NCBI GenBank assembly: GCA_010015585.1
Contig: ML975150.1
Origin: Eremomyces bilateralis CBS 781.70
Taxonomy: Eukaryota
Length of the DNA stretch: 64,000 nucleotides
Reading direction: 5' to 3' (one strand)
Shown here: positions 40,101 to 53,185 of the stretch, one piece after another
Layout: each line of letters starts with the position of its first letter
Position numbering within the stretch: position 1 is the first letter of the stretch
Translations under genes and position numbers: made by a program
The notes under the pieces: model-generated
Told to the model about the DNA's origin: nothing
The model's database searches: none
What the model saw: the letters and a program-made list of their open reading frames with translations, nothing else

Positions 40101-42243
40101 GGTTTGGACCATATCCGGAGAGGATACCTCTCTCCACGATCCCTTCCCCATCACGTCACTAGGTCCTACAATCATGGTATCGAAGTCCTCGTTCGCAGCC
40201 AATCTCAAGCTCTACTGCGCTTGTCGACAGCAGAAACGCAGAGTAGTCCCTGCTGAGCGACTTTGGGTTTGAGGACTCTGGTAGTGAGTGTTCACAGGAG
40301 GTAGATTCCACAACATCTTGTCAAATGTATGTATCAAATGGGCGCGACCAGCAGCACACCAACACATCCGACACAGGCCAGAAAATTATAGGCATGCAGT
40401 GCTTAGGAGATTGAATAACACGACGTATGCCCTTCCCTGAAAACATGGTGGGAACACAAACCACGAAATATGCACCCCGGTATGTATTGTATGACCATGC
40501 ATATAATTATAAATTATCTTGGGTTCAGGGTTGTTGATCTTTGAAAAGCTACCTTAGGGATTTACACTGCCACGAAGTCATTTTCCGCCAGAATTGAATG
40601 GCCCTCTTTTCCTCAAATATATTTCGTACAGGGGGGTTAAAAAGGGGGAGTGCCTGGACTCTGGACTCCGGACCCCAAACAGACGTGGAATCACATGCTT
40701 CCTCTCTTCCTCACTCTCATGCTATCAGGATCTTTCACCATCACCTCGCCTTTATTGACCATAATATTTTATTACAAGTCACTAAGCACCTAGCGAATAG
40801 TACCCTAAATTGCTCTGATCGCTTGTATACATCGAGAGACATGTATCTTATGGTTCACATCTCCAGTGCGACCTGGCAGCTAAAGCAGAACGGGAGAAGG
40901 GAATGCTTCAAATGCCACCGACCTAGGCATGGGTACGGCAACAATGACCCCAACCCTTCCGAATATGTTAGTGTCCGGCAAAGGAGAAGGAGGAGTAAGA
41001 CGCAAAAACCCGACCGTGCCTTTCTTCCCTTCATATTTTGGACTTGCTTCCGGTCACCGAACGGAGCGTACGGTATCTATCCCATTCAAAGTCTTTTCTT
41101 CTCTTTCCTCCAGAGTCTTTCGTTCATAGACTTGACTCACTATCTTCCTTCAAGATTTTCGTATCAACTTACAGGCCTTAAACTTATCAAAAAATCAGGT
41201 TTCCTTGTCCTATATACATGTCGAATCACTCATTTGTTTCGTCGTTTGATATTCATACTTCTGTGTCTACGTTTGAGCCCATTTTCTCACCCTCGTTGTT
41301 TTAAGTTTCTGAATAGTTCAGTCTACCAATTCCCTAGATTGGGGCCATGGAATCATTGTGTTGTAGCGTTCGGCATTTGATTGCATCTGACTGAGACCAC
41401 TAGTACGGTGCAAGTCTAGGAGTATCGTCCCTTTTGGCATGCGAGATGATCCAGCTTACTATAAGCTAGCAGCTAATAGCTTTGCTCATACCGCCCAATC
41501 CAGGTACGTTCGATTGGGATTTGGCCTTTGTGCTGATCATCGTCTTGCTCTGAAGTGCCTCCTTGCAAGAGAGTCCAAAGATGGTCAAGAGTTGACAGCA
41601 ATTTTCAAGGCTTTATATAGCTACTACAGCGCTGTTGGGGAACTAAGATTGATTCTCATGCAGTAAATACTTGATAGACTTAGCATAGCGGAATATCGAG
41701 TGTATAAACAGAAGAGAGCAATATTAAGGGGTTTTGTATGTTAGGAGACATAATAAGAACATTGGTCATGTGATCGAGCAATTCTCGCTGCATACATGTA
41801 TCGAATGGGTGTCACTGTCTTGTAATATGGACAGTGACCTTAAGAAATAGAATCCTATGGATTATAAGCTTATAAATATAATTCAATAACCCTCTAACCA
41901 TTTGTTGTGCCTATTTATCGAAACCGTCGATTGGTGAAGTCAACATGATGTGTGACGTACGGTACCTGAAGTTTGAGGCACCAACTTGATGAGACGTAAA
42001 ATTCCACTGTCCAAGATCCGACACCTTCAGCCTCAATTTACATCTCCCCTAAACAGTGGCCAGTCATTCCGCTAAGCATAAAAATCGAATCGGATCAATA
42101 GAGAATTCCATTCTACTCCGTACTAAAGTGTCATCGCCCGCAAAGCTTTCAGGTGTCCCGCCGGACCTCTCTTCGCACCAGTCATCGTGCGACCTCAGCC
42201 CTTCAATCACCTATAACGAAGCTTCAGGAGTCTATCAATTCAG

Positions 42244-43437
42244 ATGGGTAAAGGCCGGGATAATCGCAGGCGCGAAGCCGCAGGCGGTGGGCCGCCGAGT
42301 CGTGAGATGATGGTCTCGAAGAAACTCAGCTGGCTGTTACGGCACGGGGCAGAAAAGGAGGGATTGAAGTTGGGCGTGGGCGGATACGTGAACGCTGCTG
42401 ATGCGGTAAGTTGCGGAAGATTTTCGTGGAAATCATTTCGGGTCTTTTAGAGAAGGCCGTTCATTTTATTTTTATTTTTCTGTCAATTGCGTTTGAATAT
42501 TCAGCAATGTTGTGTCAAGTCCCTGGGTTGCTGCTTTTATATGCGCGGATCCAGCATCGCCCCCATATATTCGCCAGAAACATCTCAATCAAACCCAGAG
42601 ACGGCAAACCCGTTACCGACCCCCAACTAACTTTCCCAGCTCAACACCCGCTGCCTTAAATCCCTCAAAGTCACCTTCGACGAACTCCAAACTGCCGTCG
42701 CCACCTCCGACAAGCAGCGCTTCTCCCTCATTCCCGTCGCCGAAGGCCCTAGCAGCACGTCATCCTCCCCCTCCACCGACACCACCGACTCGCCCACCAT
42801 TACCGTGCAATCCACCACTCCTTCCACCACCCCGCAGCAAGCCCCCGCGCCCCCCGCGCCCCACGACGACCCCTCCCCCCCCCCCTCTCCCGCCGCCGCG
42901 ACCCCCGCGCTCGCACCCACCGACCCGCGGAACTACCTCCTCCGCGCGAACCAAGGTCACAGCCTGCAAGTGAACAGCGAGCATCTACTACGGCCGGTAG
43001 AGTTGAGTGCGACGGGGGGCCCGCGAGACGACTGGCCGCCGATGGTGGTGCACGGGACGTCGCAGGCGGCGTGGGAGCTGATCCTGGCGAGCGGGGGTCT
43101 GAAGCGGATGGGGCGGGTGCACGTGCATTTCGCGACGGGGGTGACGGGGGACTTGGCACATTTGCTGGAAAAGGGAGAGACGGGTGGGGTAGGGGGGAAG
43201 GAGGGAGATGTGGATTTGCCGCAGGTGATTTCGGGGATGCGGCGGTCGGTGGCGGTGTTGATCTTTGTGGATTTGGAGAAGGCGTTGAAGGCGGGGTTGA
43301 AGTTTTGGAGGAGCGAGAACGATGTCATCTTGAGTGAGGGGGATGAGGACGGGGTGGTAAAGAGCGAGTTCTTCCACCGGGTGGTGGATAGAAGCGGTCG
43401 AATTCTTATGGTTAATGGCGAGGTGATCGAGGAGTAG
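42244..43437 (+). CDS. TPT1: tRNA 2'-phosphotransferase
   Basis: SKKLSWLLRHGA, DKQRF, RANQGHS, VHGT, GLKRMGRVHVHFA, SGMRRS, SENDVIL; intron at about 42406..42639. Confidence 0.93.
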
Positions 43438-43474
43438 ACCACCACTTTCCTGGAGTACAAATACAGCGAAAGAG

Positions 43475-44860
43475 TTACAAGTCCATGTACCTCCTCCAGC
43501 CAAGCCGAACACAAGTGCGCTTATTCTCCGCGCCTACTCTAATGGCGTACTTCTCCCATCGAGCATCAAACCCGGCGCCAACCACGTGCAGATCCTCATC
43601 GGTCGTCCATCCAATGAGTCCTTTGACCGGTTTGATTCCAGGTCCGCACCATTCCCGCTTGTTTTTCATGGCACCCACGAACTCCTCTTCCTCATCCACG
43701 CTTTCGAAATGCGCGGTTGCAAAGGAATAGTGGTCCGAAAAAAGCCGTGGCATCCCGGGTATCTGTGCCAGAAGCCCGTATTTCTGTTGCGTTTCTGAAG
43801 GACCTGGAGCATCGATGATCACTCCATCTCCACTGGACGTATATGACGCGGCCGATGGGGAAGCCGAACGTTTGGTAGCCGATCCCGATCGTTGTCGAAC
43901 AGCTTCAGTATTCGCTCCTGGGCTGAGGACCTCCTCCAGATCGAAGATGTGCAAGGTCGACTTGTCCGAGGTCACCGCAAGGTACTTGTTTGACGGAGAA
44001 ATGGCCAGGGAGAAGATGGTGGAATACTCCACTCCGCGACGGAGTTCCGCGAGCTTGCTGCAGTTCGAAGTCGACCACACGCGGATGAGGGTGCCAGTTT
44101 TGCTAGCCGACACCAAGATCTCCTCGTCGTTGCTCAAGCTGATGGCCTGGAGGGCGCTGTTGTGGGCGGGGATGATGCTAACATTGCGTGTTTTGAGATC
44201 GACAAGACGGATTTGGCCAGAAGTGCTTGCAGGGAACGCGTAGAGCCGCTTGCCAAGGCAGCATAACCCCAAAGGATTACTCGCCGTGTCCAAAGATTGC
44301 AGGAGTTCTGGGCGATCTTTAAACGTGTAGAGAGTCATGCCGCCCTCGAATATGACCACCAAGTACTCTCCTGACAATCGAACGCCGAGAACGGTTGCGC
44401 CGAACTCCATAAAGAGGAAGATCTTTCCTGTAATATTGTTGATGACTTGGATCTGCGCGACAGTCAGTCCAATGCTTCCATGGTATGACAGGCAAGCACT
44501 CACTCGGTTCGGAGGAAATTGCGGGTTCTTTCCACCTCCAACCAGTATTATATATTGGGTGCGCCTGAGGAGCCGGACATGTCCAAGTCCGCCATCGAAT
44601 TCTACAGTATCGTCAACATTGGATGTACCGCAGCGGACACGGCGTACAACGAACCGACGTCGGCGAGGTTCTCGCATGTCTTGGTCTCGTACACTACAAA
44701 CGGTCAATATCGTGCTGTTGGACACGACGGAGATAGGGCCAGACATACTGCGATATCCATCCTCCAGGGCGGCTGTGAAGACCTCCCAGGTGTCATTGAA
44801 TAAGACATTGTTGACTACCGGGCCTAAGGCTTGGTTAATGGGATGTCTAGTGTTCATCAT
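43475..44860 (-). CDS. HSV2: PROPPIN WD40 protein Hsv2 (Atg18/WIPI family)
   Basis: MNTR start, LVGGGKNPQFP, IIPAHNSAL, ASKTGTLIRVW, ELRRG phosphoinositide motif, SDKSTLHIF; introns 44748..44694, 44654..44602 and 44503..44453. Confidence 0.88.
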   Translation of the reverse strand: MMNTRHPINQALGPVVNNVLFNDTWEVFTAALEDGYRSMSGPISVVSNSTILTVCSVRDQDMREPRRRRFVVRRVRCGTSNVDDTVEFDGGLGHVRLLRRTQYIILVGGGKNPQFPPNRVSACLSYHGSIGLTVAQIQVINNITGKIFLFMEFGATVLGVRLSGEYLVVIFEGGMTLYTFKDRPELLQSLDTASNPLGLCCLGKRLYAFPASTSGQIRLVDLKTRNVSIIPAHNSALQAISLSNDEEILVSASKTGTLIRVWSTSNCSKLAELRRGVEYSTIFSLAISPSNKYLAVTSDKSTLHIFDLEEVLSPGANTEAVRQRSGSATKRSASPSAASYTSSGDGVIIDAPGPSETQQKYGLLAQIPGMPRLFSDHYSFATAHFESVDEEEEFVGAMKNKREWCGPGIKPVKGLIGWTTDEDLHVVGAGFDARWEKYAIRVGAENKRTCVRLGWRRYMDL

Positions 44861-45632
44861 GGAGATGTGCACGAGGTGGGAAGGCTCCGAGTATGCAGTA
44901 GATGTCTCTATAGGTATGCAAATAAAGAAGAGGTATAATAGGATATAATTGAAGAAGTGGCCAGGCGGGAGCGGTCAGGTATAGTCCCAGGCCGACGAAT
45001 GTCGCTCACATTCAGGTTCGTCTTCAGTTGCGGGAAAGATATATGCGACTGGAACCATCTTGTTCAATTCTAGCCCAAAGGATAAAAGCCTAGGGGATAA
45101 ATAGCGATTGGTATGAATGGTGAAGCAGTCATAATAGTTGAAAGGAAGAAACAAGAATACAAAGATGAATTGAAGGTCGAATTCACTAAGAAGCACCGAC
45201 GTCCGCCTGATAGAGGCATGAGCCCATGACGGAGCCAAGGAGAGCAACCACGAGCTCAGGGCTGCTGAGCTAATCCCCTTAATGCAACCTTACTGCCTTA
45301 TCGCCTTACATATGGCACTGGCACGTGCACGTCGCGCACGGATCTCTACTCATCTCTTCCGGGGTCCCAGGTTTCCATGGGCGCTGGAACAACAGATTCT
45401 CCCCAGCCGAGCTCTCCAGAGCCCGTCCGAAAAGGGGAAGGTGCAATTGAACCCCTTAGACCGTGCAACTTCATGTTTCTCTCCTGGCTCTCCAGATTTC
45501 TGTTGTTGCTTCAAGCTGTCATTTTCCCTCCACTCCCTCTATCCCCTCTCCACCCATCCTGTTCACCATTCAGTCAACCGTAACCGCGTTTGTCGCGTAC
45601 CTTTCACACTCCGAATCCGTTACTATCGTGTC

Positions 45633-47179
45633 ATGTCTTCTCCAATGAATGCGGTACGTCCCATGCGCCATCCCTTGCTCCTCGAAGCTTCGTGGAGGTT
45701 AGCCCGGATTCTAATGTTCGGGAATATAGATCAAGATCCGCAGGAAGAAAAATGTCAAGAAGGGCATTCAGTTCTGCCTGATGGTGTGCGGTGCCTCGGG
45801 CACAGGTAAGCCATGTTCCTCCGTTGCCCGATAACCTGTTTGCTAATCAGTCGCCCGCAATTCAGGCAGAACAACCTTCGTCAATACCCTCTGCGGCAAG
45901 AAGGTCCTTGAGCACTTGGACTGTGAAGATCCCACTACTGCTCATGTTGAAGAGGGTGTGAAGATCAAGCCAATCACCGTCGGTACGCAACATCGTATTC
46001 CATGGAACCTTGCCGATACGGACACCTTTTGAAACACCGCACACGTGGCTTGCAGCAGTACGCTGACATAAATCGCCCAGAACTAGAGCTCGATGAGGAG
46101 GGGACGCGCATTTCATTGACAATCGTCGACACTCCGGGATTTGGTGACCAAATCGACAACGAAGCAAGGTCAGTGCTCGCCGTAGCATCGGACGAGGAAG
46201 GAGCTGACTGACCAAAACAGCTTCTCCGAAATCGTTGGGTATCTCGAGAGGCAATATGACGACATTCTCGCCGAAGAGTCAAGGATCAAGCGTAATCCTC
46301 GATTCCGAGACAATCGAGTCCATGTTCTCCTTTACTTCATCACCCCAACTGGTCATGGGTAAGTGACCACGAATCAGCATGCGATCATCAGTTTGCTAAG
46401 CCACGTGGAACAGTCTCCGTGAACTCGACATCGAACTCATGAAGCGCCTCTCGCCCCGCGTCAATGTCATCCCTGTCATCGGCAAGGCCGATTCGCTCAC
46501 TCCCGCCGAGTTGGCCGAGTCCAAGCGATTGGTCATGGAGGACATCGAGCACTATCGCATCCCGGTATACAACTTCCCCTACGACATCGAGGAGGATGAC
46601 GAGGACACCGTGGAGGAGAATGCAGAGCTCCGAGGCTTGATGCCATTCGCCATTGTCGGATCGGAAGATATCGTGGAAGTGCACGGCCGGAAGGTCCGCG
46701 CGAGACAGTACCCGTGGGGTATCGTTGAGGTCGACAATCCCCGACACTCCGATTTCCTGGCCGTTCGTAGTGCCCTGCTGCACAGCCATCTTGCCGATCT
46801 CAAGGAAATCACCCATGACTTCCTGTACGAGAACTATCGTACCGAAAAGCTCAGCAAGAGTGTGGAGGGTGGTGCCGCAGCGTACGTATTCTGTTCCCAT
46901 CATGCATTTCGGGCCCCAATCTAACCGCGTCACAGAGATTCATCCATGAACCCCGAGGATCTCGCCTCCCAATCCGTCCGGCTCAAGGAGGAGCAACTCC
47001 GCCGCGAAGAGGAGAAACTGCGCGAGATCGAATCCAAGGTGCAGCGCGAGATCCAGGAGAAACGACAGGAGCTGCTTGCACGCGAGAGCCAGCTCAAGGA
47101 GATCGAGGCCCGGATGCACCGCGAGCAGCTGGCGGTCTCGAACATGGCGTCGCCCGAGCTGCGCGACGAGGAGGCATGA
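45633..47179 (+). CDS. CDC11: Septin Cdc11/AspA
   Basis: IRRKKNVKKGIQFCLMVCGASGTG RTTFVNTL, DTPGFGD, VIGKAD, RQYPWG, YENYRTEKL and a C-terminal coiled coil; six introns. Confidence 0.93.
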
Positions 47180-49811
47180 GTGTGTCGAAAAGAACTTTCT
47201 CACGGCGCAAATATCGGGTACAGAGGGTTCGTTTGAGAGCGGCTGGTGCATCTGGCAGGGCGGTTCTGCTCCGGCAGCCCTGGCCAATTTCCCGCTGTTG
47301 GAGTCCTATACCTCGTTTTCGATGTGCACCAAAAAGCTCCTCATGTTTGTTGTTCCAGTTCGAGCGTGATTGCGGATCCTGCCAAGCGGGTCATGGAATA
47401 GGGTGTGTGTGGGCTTTTCATATCTTACCGGACTACTGGATAGAGGTGTCTGATTTGTCCCCTCCGCCTGCATTTCTCCACCAAGCAAAAAGACCTCCTC
47501 CCTCTTCTGTTCTCCTTTGTTCCATTCACGTTTCTAAACTTCACTTTCACATGCGTTTCGATACGTCTTATTCCCCACAAGTTCTGCATGTAGCAAAGTT
47601 CTAATGAAGTCGAGCGTTACCAGCCTGAGCTGTTCCCCCGCCGCCCCCAATGCGCCATTGGCCCTGTCCATCAACGTGAATATATTAGCCGCGTATGCAT
47701 TCGATAGACTTCGGGCAGCCTTATAGCTCGACGCACGCAAAGCTTGGCCGCTGCAAGCGCTCGATCCATGTCCCCAAACCGTTCGTCTCACGTAGTCGCG
47801 TTAGCCGGATTCACCATGGACCTATCCTCTTTCCCGGATGGGCATCCCCATCTGCGTTGCTTAGCTGCATATCAATGTTGCCAAAAACGCCGCCATCCTC
47901 ACCTCTCAGTCTTCACCCGTTCTCCATCCGGATGTAGAAATGTGGAACCCTCATCCTAGCCCAGATGCGACTTCGCCTCACCAATTCGATGTGATAGATC
48001 CTCCAAGGCGCTTATCGCGCACCACCAACCATATTCGACATCCTGGTAATCCCTACTGCATCCAGTGCCACCTACAGCGCACCGCTGACTAACCGTTCTG
48101 CCCGGCCTCCCCTACCGCTCCATCTCGCAGTCCTAGTATTTCGCGGATGACGCGCATGACGCGCATAAAACCCCGGCGCGAGAGAATGTGAGCTATCGCC
48201 AACTCGCTCCCTCGCCGTCCAATCATCCATCGTGATTGGCCCAAGCGCCACGTTCAACATCACATCTTCACATCGATTAAATCCACCACCGCGGATATCA
48301 CCTCATGATTTGCGCCTGCGTTCCCCGAATGGATCGATCCTCTATCTCGCTCACTCCCTGCCACTGACGTGTGCTTTCCGCGCCAACCGCCAGCCGTCGT
48401 CCTAAGTGGATGAGCCCGCCCTCCTCAGGCGAAGGTGGTGAAGTGCAGTTAGACTTCGATTTATGACCAGAATCGTAGTGACATGCAAGCGGCATCCTTC
48501 ACCGTGAACCGGTCTGATCCTTGCCGCGTCTGATTACCCAAAATGCAGCGTGCACGTGAAATGTGCGCACAACATTGCCCTCCTGGTGCACGCTTCGCTT
48601 CGCTTTTCCATTCACGACGATGGTGTGCCTGCATCAGCCATCATGGCTTCCTCCGCCTCGGTTTCACTCCCCATATTTCAAAGAGTCTGGTTGAGGCCCA
48701 TCGCCGATCACAACCTCTCGATTCCGATTGTCGCTGAGTGATCTCCGCCATTGAGGAGGCAGCGATCTCAGCTTGGCGGCTTGGAGGTTGGTGGCTTTTG
48801 AACGGACGCGTAGATGCCGCCGGAAAGGTTGCGATTCCGGGGCGACCATTGGGCGGAATGGAGGTTGATATTTCTAACCGCTCGGCGCTTCATCTGCCGG
48901 TTGTTGTTGAATATGACGTGCAGTAGAGTACAGTGGCTTCACAACTCAGCGGGGCCACTCGACATGGAAGGGACCAATAAAGATACATTGCGATGATGGA
49001 CATGCGGTCGACTTACCATGGCCCTTCGTTCCATGTACTATGGTACGGTAGACCCCCTTTAGAGTCCATTTTCAGCCGCACCTAATCTAGACCGTTCTCT
49101 GGTACTGTAGGCCTCGCTCCCAAAAGCGTTTATCAATCCTTGTTGGAACCGCATCGTCTTTTCCATGTTCACCTTCTGCGTCACCAAGAACGTGCCAATA
49201 TAACTATGATCCCGGTTTTACGTCCGACCGGATTACCGAATAAAGCTATGGTTCGTGAAAAGCGTCCAGGGGTCTTTCATGTCGTTCATAATTCCACCCG
49301 ATCTCAGTTCATCCTTGTTTCCTTCGTGTCTTGGCTATCAATATGTTGAGTCCGTCACGTAAGAGGCGGAACGCGCGCTTCGAGAATAAACAGCGTCAAG
49401 TAAAATATAAATGATGCCATCAATGGTATACCATCCTCCTCCATCTTCGGTCTGCCGTTCTGGCTTCTCCTCGTGCGATTGGGTAAACCGATCGAGATGG
49501 CCATCCACGGTTGTCCGAACCAGAGGACCTCCCGGCCCCTGGAACGTAGAACCATGCAACTGTTGCGCTTTACCTCACTCCCTACTGTATCGGATCCGCT
49601 CCGAGCGATTCCTATCGAACGGGCTCTTCCCACCGGAAGTCCCTTTTGCAAGCTCTTATCCAAATCCTAGATGTATCTTATATCTTCTTCTTGATTTCCT
49701 TCAAGGGTCCTAATCTATCAATCCTTCTCTGCCCGTATTACCCTGTGACCCCCTCATCCTTATTCTCTCCAAACGGTAGTGGTATTAGCTTGAGTACCGA
49801 ATTCGTCCACA

Positions 49812-50963
49812 ATGGCCATCCAACAGGACGTCCCTCTCGCGGCCCAGGTGCTCGCCACCATCGGCACAATCTGCTGGTGCGTCCAGCTCCTGCCCCAAAT
49901 CTGGCAAAACTACCGGCGCGGCAACTGTATCGCGTTCCCGGCCCTGACGGTGTTCATCTGGGCCATCTCTGAGGTGCCGTTCGGGGCGTACGTGATCGTT
50001 CAGGACCACGCAATGGCGATACAGCTGCAGCCGCAGATCTTTGGCGTGTTGTGTCTGGTGTGCTGGGGACAGTGTCTGTGGCTTTCTGGGTATGTTGGTT
50101 TTCATGATAGGAGATGATGACTGTGCTAACAGTGCTGCAGAAAATGCTCGAAGCTCTGGGCAACCTTCTGGCCGTTCTTACTGGCTGCTGTCATGGCAGT
50201 TGGACAGTTCTTGCTCATCTGGACCCTTCGAGTAGGTTATCGTAACTAGTGTTTGTAAAATGACGATGCTGACTGAACGAAAGCCTGGATTTCTAGCCGG
50301 ACGCACCATGCCAATCAAGGTCGTCTGGGCTTTCGCTGCGGCAGGTCTCGTCGTGGGTCTCATCCCGCAATACGTGCAGCAGTTCAAACGCCAGGGGAGG
50401 AACCTTGGATTTAGCTGGGGATTCCTCGCCGTGGATCTAGCCGGTGCATTATTCTCTTTCTTGGCCATGGGTGCGTTGTGATTCCACAATTTTTCGAAAG
50501 CAGATATTGATTAGGCCATTCGCAGCGGTCCGGAAACAGTTCGACGTGTTCGGTGGCACTTTGTATCTTATCGTGTAAGTTCCCAGTTATCTATCCGATC
50601 GGACCCAATTGACTTCTCTTCAGCATGGGGATGGAACTCGGCTTTGTGATCTGGCATGGTTATTGGTGGTTCAATGCCCGTGGGAAAGCGAAGAAGGAAG
50701 GCATATCATTCGGTGAATATGTCCGGAGGCTTGACGAGGATGAGGGCATCATCCACTGGGAAAAGACAGCTTTCTGGCGCCCTCTTTTCCGTTCCGTCAA
50801 AAAGGAAGAACATGAGTTGTCGCAAAAGGCTCGGTCAAGCTCTGAAGGGTCCACCTCTGAAGGGTCCGCGTCAGTCGCAAATGCCAGAGATGTCGCGGAT
50901 GTGGAGAAAAATGCTGGGACCTCGAGTCGTTTAAGTCCTGTGGCGGAGCGGGAGAGCGGATAA
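49812..50963 (+). CDS. PQ-loop repeat membrane protein
   Basis: LATIGTICWCVQLLPQIWQNYR, IQLQPQIFG, GLIPQY, GFSWGFLAVDLAGALFS; four GT-AG introns. Confidence 0.85.
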
Positions 50964-51426
50964 TCGATCTTGTGGACTAAAAGTACTATTAAATTCTAAT
51001 TATAGGATCATTTGGGTCCGATAGATGCTCGTCAGAGAGGAATCGTGATACTGTTTGGGTTCCTATTTGACTGCTAGAGGGATGGAGATTAGCTCAAGGG
51101 TGTTATAATTGATAGAACCACTCTCCTAAACTCGTCTCCTACTTCCTTGCCATCACATTGCCAAGTCGAGTCAATGCGAGGACCAACAACGACTTCGCAT
51201 AGAGTAGCCTGGGTGGAAAGATAAACAGTTCATGAGAGGTTGGACGGCGTCCTTTCTGGGTGTTCAGGAATATGGAAATGATAGAGCAGTTCGAGATCGG
51301 GAATATACCTTAGCCTCTCTCTAGTTTAACGATTGTAAAACCGTGGCGACAAAATAATAACAAAGAGGAACAGTAGACATATTTTCTGCTCATAGGTTGT
51401 TTGCGAGAAACTTAAAAAAACCCCCA

Positions 51427-51506
51427 CCAGCTATGGCGCAATTGGCTAGCGCGTGCGGCTGTTATTTGACACCGCAAGGTTCTAAGTTCGAGTCTTAGTA
51501 GCTGGG
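51427..51506 (+). tRNA. tRNA-Asn(GTT) with a 6-nt intron (51465..51470)
   Basis: Acceptor stem CCAGCTA/TAGCTGG, D arm GCGC-AATTGGCTA-GCGC, anticodon stem TGCGG/CCGCA with CT-GTT-A, T arm CTAAG-TTCGAGT-CTTAG, discriminator G. Confidence 0.92.
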
Positions 51507-51510
51507 ACAC

Positions 51511-51520
51511 TTTGTTTTTT
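51511..51520 (+). terminator. Pol III oligo-T terminator of the tRNA gene
   Basis: TTTGTTTTTT directly after the tRNA 3' end. Confidence 0.7.
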
Positions 51521-51975
51521 GACCTTTTTGACTATAAACTGGGGTTGAAGTAATGAGCACGAAGTCTTGAAACTCGAATTGTTTTTTGCCAGTTTAATTA
51601 TTCACATGATATTCCATTTGGTTAGGGAGATGTCCACGCTCGCGCTGGGTGCCACGTAGGACACGAAAGTTGCCAGCACGGCTATCGTGAATCACCATTA
51701 GTTTTTGATCTCACTCCATTAATCCACAGATTTAAAACATTCCTCCTTTGGAGTTCGTTTTGCCATGATATTCCACTTGTGCTTTGACTGAGCTCTTGAA
51801 TTTGTCAATCATCAGAGTGCTCCCATTTCAGGCTTTTAAGTTTTAACAGGCCTCACAGCGGAGCTTCAGGGGCGAGCACCACACAGTATGTTAGCTATTT
51901 TACGATTCCGGTTGGATTTTGACATATATATCTTTCCACTAACTGAGAACCCAGGCAACCAATACATGAACCACA

Positions 51976-53164
51976 ATGGGCTCTCTCCTATCCCTTCCAA
52001 TGGAACTCCTCGACATGGTCACAGCATCTCGGGAACGCCCAAAAGATATATTCGCGTTCCGCTCGTCCTGTCGAACTTTGCGAGACTGTAGCTAGCTTGT
52101 CTTAGGGGATCGATATTTCAGAACCCGCACTTTTTCCCTAAGAAGGAGGTATCTGGATCAACTAACGGAAATTTCCGAACATCCTATTCTTGCGAATGCT
52201 GTCCAAGCCCTGAATATTCTCATCGACGCTCACGACGAAGCGCACGTTACCGATCTATGCCACGACGAGACGTGGATAGTGTACTGCGCTCTGTTGTCCC
52301 TTACCAATTGCAAATTGGTAAACTTCGTCCGCTCTGATGATCTGATTTGGACACTGCCCATGGCATTTGCTCCATGGGGATTCAGTAGACTGGAAAGGGC
52401 TTTGGGCTCTGAAAAGTGGTGGTCACGAAATATATCCGACGATGCAGAAACGATTGCACTCGGTTCACAGAGCGAGCCCACACTTCGCATGCTTTTCAAT
52501 TCGATAAACCCAAGCGATATCTCACTCAAGAAGAACTACTTGCAATTCATTCGTTCGGTCACTCAAATCGTCGAGACGTTTCGATACCAATTTGAAGTTG
52601 GCGACATCCGGACTTGCTGGTCTCTCACGTTTGATTCAAATGGCATGTATGGAGAAAAAAATAAGACTAAGGAATTCCCTCTAGAAAACACCATACTGCT
52701 CAGTCCTGACCTGGGGAATCTTGATGTCCTTTTCACGGAACATACCGGCAATTGCGACAAACTGATTTCCCAACTTGCAGAGGGACTGCACCTCCCTGGA
52801 CTGCGATCACTCCATTTGAGGAAATGCTCTGGAAGTGCCAAGTCCTTGCGGCGACTCCTTTCCAACCATAGGAAGAGTCTGGAGGCACTTTTCCTACGCG
52901 ACTTCAGCATCAACCTCAGGAACCTGGAGGGAGAGATCGAAGCCGACGTCGAAGGGAACTGTTGGGTGTCTGTGATGCATGATCTGCTTGAGTTCGACCT
53001 GGATGCTCTCTCGGTTAGCAATTGCTTGATAAATCAGCAAAGCATCTACTTCACGGATACTGAAGGGAGACGAGGCCAGCGGTTTTGAGGCATCTGGAGA
53101 GAGTGCGGTCCTCGAACAGCTAAGAAATATGACAGGCGTTTCTTACTATGGTCCTAGCGAATAG
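51976..53164 (+). pseudogene. F-box domain protein pseudogene
   Basis: ATG 51976 gives MGSLLSLPMELLDMV...DIFAFRSSCRTL (F-box), with an in-frame TAG at 52093-52095, continuing in frame into ORF 52279..53088 (LPGLRSLHL, LEALFL). A probable 1-nt frameshift in the T run near 53083 restores FEASGESAVLEQLR...GPSE*. Confidence 0.65.
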
Positions 53165-53185
53165 GTAGTAAAAGAAACGAATACT

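Noticed and set aside
42244..51506. tRNA-splicing enzyme TPT1 near an intron-containing tRNA gene
   Set aside because: They are 8 kb and three genes apart, and intron-containing tRNA genes are common in fungi, so this is probably coincidence.
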